Part shown: piece by piece, positions 58,401 to 64,000 of the stretch
How positions within the stretch are numbered: the first letter of the stretch is position 1
Layout: each line of letters opens with the position of its first letter
DNA from: an uncultured bacterium
GTDB taxonomy: Bacteria; Zixibacteria; MSB-5A5; GN15; FEB-12
Assembly (NCBI GenBank): GCA_965372795.1
Contig: CBDVDR010000002.1
Span: 248,256-312,255 of the forward strand
Reading direction: 5' to 3'
DNA: 64,000 nucleotides
Position numbers and translations under genes: made by a program
Notes under the pieces: model-generated
The model's input: only the letters and a program-made list of their open reading frames with translations
The model's database searches: none
What the model was told of the DNA's origin: nothing

Positions 58401-59172
58401 TATGATATCATATTTTGGATTCGGTGAAGCTTATTTATATATATTTAAATCTGACGGCACCGCTTATCTGCCGGGTGGAGTTGCCAATGGGCAGGCATTT
58501 TTTGCCCCGGTAACTTTTGGTAATCCGACGGTTGCAGATGTGACCGGAGATAGTTATCCCGAAATATTATTAAGGTCCGGGAATTTACTGCCCGGTATGG
58601 GAACAGAAAAATTATATATTCTTGATTATCAGGCAAATTTATTACCTGATTTTCCAATAGAAACTCCGGCTTTGCCATTTCAGGTAATCTCAACCCAGTT
58701 TGCTCCGCTGGTTGATGATATTGACGGGGATGGGATGGTTGAAGTTGCGATGTACAGCAATGCCAATCAACTGCTGGTATGGGATTTTGATGCTGATTCA
58801 AGAGATGGTAAGAATATGGGGCGGTTTTTGATGGATAATTTGAATAGCGGGCAACTCCCGATTGAAATTATGCAAACGGCATCTGAAAAATATGAAATAA
58901 GTTTACCGGGTGAGTTTAGTCTGGGGGCAAATTATCCTAATCCATTTAATCCGGTGACAAAAATCTCATTCTCAATTCCATCAATGATGAAAGTTGAATT
59001 GGAAATATTCAATGTTCTTGGCCGCAAGGTTGAGTCGCTGGTTAATCAGGAATTGGACGAGGGAATATATAAGGTTGAATTTGATGGTTCCCAATATGCC
59101 TCGGGCGTGTATCTATATCGGCTAACTGCCGGAGATAAAAAAATCGTCAGAAAGATGGTGCTGTTAAAATGA
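55408..59172 (+). CDS. Secreted S8 peptidase with FG-GAP repeats and a T9SS-like/FlgD-Ig C-terminal domain
   Basis: IIDTG, GHGTHVAG and GTSMATP; many DLDxDG repeats; NYPNPFNP...SGVYLYRL..KMVLLK; start may be 55426. Confidence 0.9.
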   Translation: MQRTGFMTGKIVRIISWFTALFVVMLFGISSGIKAETPKGAVPGKYIVKLKSGVKSQLIGNSLSSGSKFRKSTKLKIKPDLKGSKSWDRYFTYYTSDKNLSLEQIIEEIGAENIEFIEQDHYIEFFEYPTDSLFTHQWYLNNIGQEYYGIQRGPDIFDDSLVLKTGTPGKDFKLNQFYESPPEDSTKVVVAIIDTGVDTKHPELQGRFWKNPDEIPGDGIDNDQNGYIDDTLGYDVSGDIINLFNPVGDNDPMDGNGHGTHVAGIIAANANGFGIVGIAPWVEIMAIKIRPNISNTIAAEGILYAVNSGAQIINISWGTPFVSGILEEAIEFAVNNGVLVCIAPGNTGTNERFFPAAYDDINTVIVGAGNSDGFMTSFSTYGEHIDIIAPGKDILSLRADTLNLYDIADIPENNYLRVIDSFYLLADGTSMATPVVCGAAALLLSFRPDLTLEELRFYLLSGAVDITDPWGDHQYNLVGPDTITGHGYLNIYESYLRLIFSSAGSIDFVEPELKKRYTTGVNIKIAPVGIYAGGWELEYIFGYDSVGWLPLASGISIPSDSIIYFFDELNVNGNIKLRLIDDGGSIAETSFMYVRNRKVELITPVNDQEVKFSFAVMGTGYGPDFDSLQLYYYKIIDENEYVFSSTGEHFDSVLYNWVASGDNTGDFMMVLVGYFGNNSIKDSAAFRVTSAFASGWPQSFNGNTGITPVCADLDKDGLKELIITTNVGLLIYNADGSLKNKDGQTYLSGINVICVPAVYDIDRDGQDEIILTSDTTLHVINHDGSYAPGFPVYAKTGTASGGYGYPTPIVTQLGMGEDSAIVFINILGQLYAYQFDGDPYFYSLEGFYASAGAGVRNEAVYVGKTLPFISSSDFNGDGINEVVASFSSNHLGGISLFDARTGNSTFDLESTLLQRVDKSSGMTLADLNGDGLHEIITIGFDDEFLNDDSLKVPVLWIKTNGVEDLAGWPVAMNDVPEKNWIPSIPVAADLDLDGIPEIMISYFGFGEAYLYIFKSDGTAYLPGGVANGQAFFAPVTFGNPTVADVTGDSYPEILLRSGNLLPGMGTEKLYILDYQANLLPDFPIETPALPFQVISTQFAPLVDDIDGDGMVEVAMYSNANQLLVWDFDADSRDGKNMGRFLMDNLNSGQLPIEIMQTASEKYEISLPGEFSLGANYPNPFNPVTKISFSIPSMMKVELEIFNVLGRKVESLVNQELDEGIYKVEFDGSQYASGVYLYRLTAGDKKIVRKMVLLK

Positions 59173-61352
59173 AACACAAATTAGCACATATCATCTTGCT
59201 GGCATTTTTATTAATTCCAATGGCGACGCCTGTCAATGCCGAAATAAGTTCACTTCCGGATTATTCTATTTTAGAAAATCGTTTTAAACATTTAGAAGTT
59301 TCCGGTAACTGTATAATTGGGATTTCGAGCCGTGCGGTTGTTGTTGCCGAGTATGATGATGTGACAAAAGTTTTTAAACAAACCGATCTTCAAATATTGA
59401 GTTCTTCTCCGGTCGATATTAAAATATTTGATCAATTGCTTACCGTTAAAACCGAATCGAACCAGATTGTACTTTATGATTTACATGCACTGCCATTGCT
59501 GGATTCAATCGGAGTGATTCAATTTGATCATGATTTTTATGATTATGTTTTGAACTCGAAAAATATATTTTTGACTAATTGGTTTGACGGGGTCTGGCAA
59601 TATTCTCATTCAAATTATAAAAATATTCAATTTGCCGATTCGACTATGAAGCCAATTTTGTCAACCCAGATTGATCTTGTTGGGGATACTCTTTTTATTC
59701 TTGATGAATATAACGGCATCATCCGTTATGATATATCACTGAATGATTTAAGCATGATGATAGATTATCTTTTTGTTCCTCTGAGAGTTTCTTCGTTTCA
59801 GTTATACGGCGATAAAATTATTCTCGCTCTGAATAGTTTTGATGTTCTATTTGGAGAGTTTGATCTCAATGAGGGAGTGATTGTTGATTCGATTATTGAT
59901 CTTCCTCATATAAAGAATATTTTTCAAACTGATACCCTTCTATTATTAGTCAGTGAGCGGGAAATAGAGTTAATACACAAGAATGATTACAGTCTTCGCG
60001 AAACTCTTGAGCTATCCGATGAATATGCAACCGGGGATGTTTTTACCTTAAATGACCATCAAAAACTGGCTCTGCCAAATATTTTTGGCGGCTTTACGCT
60101 CCATAATATAGATGATTTGAATACGCTTCCATTAACAACGGCGGGATTTGATCGTCCGGGTTTAATAACCGATCTTAATTTTTATAATGGTAAGTTATAT
60201 ACCGGCGGGGATGGTAATCCGATTGACGTATTCAAATTTGATACCCTTGGCAGCCCAATTTATGATTCCACAATTTCATCCGGTTTAAAAAATGTAGCCG
60301 GATTAGAATTTCTTAATGATAATCTTTACACCCTCTATTCACAACCGGGGATGATTGTCAAGTACTCATGGATTTTTGATCAAGGTCCGCCATACATTGA
60401 AGATTTTGAAGACTCGGTCGAGGTTGATCCGCTTGGTAATCCGGAATTTCATATTGTTGACCACAAATTTACTGACAGTTTGAGATATATTCTGATTGTC
60501 AAAGATTTCAGTATTGATGTTTTTACCCTTGATGATTCCGGTGCTATCGTTTATCGGGATAATTGGGGATTTACCGGAAGAATTGATGGATTCGAAGTCG
60601 AGAACAACAAACTGTTTGTAGTAACTAATAAACGATTATTATATACCGGAATAATTAACGAAGATTACACTCTGGATAAACCAGCGCCTATCTCTTTAGG
60701 GGCAACAGCCAATGAATTAAAAATTATTAATAATCGTCTTTATTTATTTTCGAACCAGGAGATGAATATATACGACTATTCTGCGATGCCCGAGCTGACC
60801 TTAGAAAAAACTATCCCGTTATCATTTCCGGTATGGGATGCTGTTAGACAGGGTGATAGTTTATACACCGTGAGTGAGGTTGGGCTGGGGGTTTTCGATT
60901 TAACGGCTCAGTATCCTATGCTGGTCGATAGTGGCGGCATCGGCGGTCGTCTTATTGATGTTGACGGCAATTTAATTGCTGTTTCAGTTGATTATGCTAT
61001 AGATTTTTATTTGATAAAATATCCAAATGGCGGTGTGCCAACATCGGTGCCATTTGCAGATGAAAACCTTCCGCAGATTTTCAGTTTGAGACAAAATTAC
61101 CCCAACCCCTTCAATGCCACGACTGTTTTGGAATTTTCAATTGAGCGAACGGCTCCGGTTGAGTTGGCGATTTATAATACGCTGGGTCAAAAAGTAGCAA
61201 CCTTGGTTGATGAACGAAAATCGCACGGGGAATATGCTTTACTCTGGGATGGTAAAAATGAAAATGGGCGTGATGTGGCGAGCGGCATATATCTTTATCG
61301 TTTGCAGGTTGGAAGCTCGGTCGTGTCGAAGAAAATGGTTCTGTTAAAGTAA
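59169..61352 (+). CDS. Secreted beta-propeller-like protein with a T9SS-like/FlgD-Ig C-terminal domain
   Basis: Signal peptide, beta-strand repeats and QNYPNPFN..WDG..ASGIYLYRL..KMVLLK; ATGA overlap. Confidence 0.8.
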   Translation: MKHKLAHIILLAFLLIPMATPVNAEISSLPDYSILENRFKHLEVSGNCIIGISSRAVVVAEYDDVTKVFKQTDLQILSSSPVDIKIFDQLLTVKTESNQIVLYDLHALPLLDSIGVIQFDHDFYDYVLNSKNIFLTNWFDGVWQYSHSNYKNIQFADSTMKPILSTQIDLVGDTLFILDEYNGIIRYDISLNDLSMMIDYLFVPLRVSSFQLYGDKIILALNSFDVLFGEFDLNEGVIVDSIIDLPHIKNIFQTDTLLLLVSEREIELIHKNDYSLRETLELSDEYATGDVFTLNDHQKLALPNIFGGFTLHNIDDLNTLPLTTAGFDRPGLITDLNFYNGKLYTGGDGNPIDVFKFDTLGSPIYDSTISSGLKNVAGLEFLNDNLYTLYSQPGMIVKYSWIFDQGPPYIEDFEDSVEVDPLGNPEFHIVDHKFTDSLRYILIVKDFSIDVFTLDDSGAIVYRDNWGFTGRIDGFEVENNKLFVVTNKRLLYTGIINEDYTLDKPAPISLGATANELKIINNRLYLFSNQEMNIYDYSAMPELTLEKTIPLSFPVWDAVRQGDSLYTVSEVGLGVFDLTAQYPMLVDSGGIGGRLIDVDGNLIAVSVDYAIDFYLIKYPNGGVPTSVPFADENLPQIFSLRQNYPNPFNATTVLEFSIERTAPVELAIYNTLGQKVATLVDERKSHGEYALLWDGKNENGRDVASGIYLYRLQVGSSVVSKKMVLLK

Positions 61353-61353
61353 A

Positions 61354-62421
61354 TTATTTTTTACGGTCTAAAGCTTCTTTTGCCTGATGGTATCTTTCTG
61401 ATATATCAATATCAGATTCATTCTGATTTATATTATCAATAGAATTAGATTTAAAAGATGGATAGTAACTGGTTGGATAATAGGTTGCCGTTAATATATG
61501 ATCCCAGGTCTCGGCATTTGCCGGAGGTAAATCAAGAGCTTCACCTTCCATCCTGAATTGATAAGTGCCGGCATTTTTAGAAAAAGTTCGGATAACATAG
61601 ATAGGGAAATAATTTATATCGGTGTTAACATATCCACTCAGTCCGGCAATGGTATAATAAGGGTAGATGCCGTTTCCACCCGGTTCTTCATCAATCTGAA
61701 TTCTGGCACGATTGGCATTAGTTGTCCCGCTTAATAAGAGATAGCATTTCCCTTGAACGACTATGTATCCATCTGCGGGAGTTCGAATGCTGACCGTTGT
61801 TAAATCAATCATGTATCCATGGGCGAGAGCTATCAGTTTGGTGCTTATACCATAGTTTAACCCGGCTTCATTTAAAATTTCATCACTATTGATTGCTGAA
61901 TCCGGCAAAACGAGAGCGCTGTCATCTGACCGTCCGGCTTGTATAATTATATCAGAAATGTTTTCATCGTTACTGTATAGAACTAATTTATGTTCATCTG
62001 AAAATGTTTTAATGGCTTGGTCATCATTTTGATCTATAACATTCAGCCCGCCTGAAGTTTTAGAAAAGGGAGAGGCTCCAAGTTGAATACGAGGAGATAT
62101 TATCTCAGAGTTAAAGATGACTTCAAGAAAGAGATTAAGGTTGTTCTCAAAAAGAGAATCGGGTATTTCAGTTGTCGAGCCAAGGAAGTGATTGAAATAA
62201 CCCTGATAGGTTGTAATTGAAGCAGTTTCAGTCCAAAGCTCATTACCTTCGACATTCGCATCGTACAGGAAAAAGTCAACCTGATGGATGTTATCAATAA
62301 TAGCATTTCCGGCTGAATCAAGCAGTCTGCCCTGATAGCTAATTGGGGGACCGGCACCGGAGGCTGCATTAATACATATCAGGAGAATAAAAAATAAATA
62401 TATAGAAATAATTCGTTTCAA
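61354..62421 (-). CDS. Secreted hypothetical protein
   Basis: Signal peptide; ISYQGRLLDSAG...GYFNHFLG...PRIQL N-terminal module; TTG start. Confidence 0.7.
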   Translation of the reverse strand: MKRIISIYLFFILLICINAASGAGPPISYQGRLLDSAGNAIIDNIHQVDFFLYDANVEGNELWTETASITTYQGYFNHFLGSTTEIPDSLFENNLNLFLEVIFNSEIISPRIQLGASPFSKTSGGLNVIDQNDDQAIKTFSDEHKLVLYSNDENISDIIIQAGRSDDSALVLPDSAINSDEILNEAGLNYGISTKLIALAHGYMIDLTTVSIRTPADGYIVVQGKCYLLLSGTTNANRARIQIDEEPGGNGIYPYYTIAGLSGYVNTDINYFPIYVIRTFSKNAGTYQFRMEGEALDLPPANAETWDHILTATYYPTSYYPSFKSNSIDNINQNESDIDISERYHQAKEALDRKK

Positions 62422-62640
62422 ACTTTGAGCCCTAATTTCAGGTTATCTTTAATATATCGGCAGTATGTTTTATATCTTTGATCGGTACAGAGTTACATTC
62501 TATTATTTAAACGAAAATATCGCTAATAATGTCAAAAAAGCAACTGGAAATTTAATCACTATTTATCCATAATGTTAATTTAACCTTGATAAATTGTGAT
62601 GGATATTCATATTGGTGGAAAATAATAAAAAAAGGAAATT

Positions 62641-63492
62641 ATGAAAATTGGATTTATAGGATTAGGAAGTCTGGGCTATGCAATCGCAAGTCGTTTAATC
62701 GAACAGGGAGAGAGCCTTTTTGTTTGGAATCGAACAGTTGGTAAATCTGAAGGATTAAAGGTTGAGATTGCAACATCGCCTAAAGAGGTCATTGATAAGA
62801 CACAGGTTGTTTGTCTTAATTTGTTTGACAGTGACGCTGTTCACTCGGTTATGAGTGGAGAGACGGGTTTACTTGCCGGAGATTGTAAGAATAAGGTTAT
62901 TCTTGATACTTCGACTAATCATTTTGAGGCTGTTGATGCTTTTCATCAGATGTTTGATGATGCCGGCGCGAAATATCTTGAGGCTCCGGTAATCGGAAGC
63001 GTCATACCGGCTCAAAACGGTAAATTAACTTCGATAGTAAGCGGGGATGAAGAACCGTATAATCAGGTTTTGCCCATAATTAATAAATACAGTGCCAATG
63101 TATTTTATCTTAAAGAAACAGGCTTAGCATCCAAAGCAAAAGTAATCAATAATATGGTGCTCGGAACTTTTATGGCAACCTTAGCCGAGTCTGTAGCTTT
63201 GGGGGAGAAGTCGGGTTTAAGTAAAAAACAAATTTTGGATATTCTCTCCGTCGGTGCTGGAAATTCCGGTGTCTTGAATGCGAAAAAAGATAAATTATTA
63301 AATGAAGATTTTAGTAATCATTTTTCATCAGCCTGTATTCATAAAGATTTAAAATATTTGCAGGAGTTAGCAAATACGCTCCAGACGCCACTTTATACCG
63401 GTGCATTGGTTAAAGAGCTATATGCCATGACATTTAAAGAAAAAGTTGATGAGCTTGATTTCTCGGGCATCTACAAAGTGTTGAAAGGGTAG
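62641..63492 (+). CDS. NAD(P)-dependent beta-hydroxyacid dehydrogenase (3-hydroxyisobutyrate dehydrogenase family)
   Basis: IGFIGLGSLG, EAPVIG, KVINN and KDL. Confidence 0.9.
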   Translation: MKIGFIGLGSLGYAIASRLIEQGESLFVWNRTVGKSEGLKVEIATSPKEVIDKTQVVCLNLFDSDAVHSVMSGETGLLAGDCKNKVILDTSTNHFEAVDAFHQMFDDAGAKYLEAPVIGSVIPAQNGKLTSIVSGDEEPYNQVLPIINKYSANVFYLKETGLASKAKVINNMVLGTFMATLAESVALGEKSGLSKKQILDILSVGAGNSGVLNAKKDKLLNEDFSNHFSSACIHKDLKYLQELANTLQTPLYTGALVKELYAMTFKEKVDELDFSGIYKVLKG

Positions 63493-63495
63493 TCG

Positions 63496-63828
63496 ATGGT
63501 TATTCAAATATTTGGAACCAAGAAATGTCGGGATACACAAAAAGCGATTCGATTCTTTAAGGAACGAAGTAAGAATTTTCAATTTGTGGATCTTCGGGAG
63601 AAGGGTGTCAGCCAGGGTGAGCTTAATAATATAAAACGATATGTTCCCCTTGCAGATTTAATTGATGTTGAGGGGAAAGAATATGAGAAACGGAATTTGA
63701 AATATCTTAAACATGATATTGAGGAGATGCTTTTGGAGTATCCGCTTTTATTCAAGACTCCTATTGTGCGAGGACAAAATGGTACTTCAGTAGGGTATCA
63801 AATTGATTTATGGAAAAAGTGGTTATAA
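63496..63828 (+). CDS. ArsC/Spx-like thioredoxin-fold protein
   Basis: IFGTKKCRDTQKA and LFKTPIVR. Confidence 0.85.
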   Translation: MVIQIFGTKKCRDTQKAIRFFKERSKNFQFVDLREKGVSQGELNNIKRYVPLADLIDVEGKEYEKRNLKYLKHDIEEMLLEYPLLFKTPIVRGQNGTSVGYQIDLWKKWL

Positions 63829-63856
63829 AAAAAGCCGGCTGTTAAGCCGGCTTAAA
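63826..63856. terminator. Terminator hairpin between convergent genes
   Basis: AAGCCGGCT-GTTA-AGCCGGCTT with an A tract on the left (T tract for the minus-strand gene). Confidence 0.85.
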
Positions 63857-63858
63857 TT

Positions 63859-63999
63859 TTACATGATAATTACAAGCTTACCGATTTGCACTTCACCCGT
63901 ATCAACATTTTCAACCGTCCAGTAATAAAGTCCTGAGACTGTCAACTGAGTGTTACGAGTAATCATATTCCACTCGGCATGATTGGCGGTCGGGTCAGT
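63859..63999 (-). CDS. 3' end of a secreted protein with a T9SS-like C-terminal domain (partial)
   Basis: Reads ..HAEWNMITRNTQLTVSGLYYWTVENVDTGEVQIGKLVIIM*; absent from the ORF track. Confidence 0.75.
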   Translation of the reverse strand, partial: TDPTANHAEWNMITRNTQLTVSGLYYWTVENVDTGEVQIGKLVIIM

Positions 64000-64000
64000 C

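Noticed and set aside
62594..62611. Third Rex-like box upstream of the beta-hydroxyacid dehydrogenase
   Set aside because: Only one half-site resembles the consensus, in very AT-rich DNA

Overview
AT-rich bacterial chromosome segment. It most likely comes from an FCB-group lineage such as candidate division Zixibacteria, inferred from the mix of dockerin-like and FlgD-Ig/T9SS-like C-terminal tags. In order it carries: (1) the nuoC(3' end)-DEFGHIJKLM-N complex I operon, with a small glutaredoxin-like gene between nuoM and nuoN that looks like a UGA-recoded selenoprotein (GGG-U-GF-stop plus a SECIS-like hairpin); (2) a dockerin-tagged S8 protease, purF, a ClC-CBS transporter and several signalling genes; (3) an rsbV-rsbW-SpoIIE-NUDIX-HK-sigma54 activator cluster followed by a candidate sigma54-driven Omp85/DUF4390 pair; (4) an operon joining a VOR-type 2-oxoacid:ferredoxin oxidoreductase to a HydABC/Bfu-like flavoprotein module that has bifurcation-type residues but no hydrogenase or other catalytic subunit; (5) a citryl-CoA lyase-like gene, then a ~5.7 kb segment bounded by inverted copies of a REP-like repeat, carrying Hachiman hamAB, an STGPKT-family protein and a double-dockerin protein; (6) a nadE-like/asnB/carrier-protein triad and secreted proteins with T9SS-like tails. 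No rRNA, tRNA, CRISPR array or transposase was recognised. All family assignments come from motif recognition by eye, not database searches.
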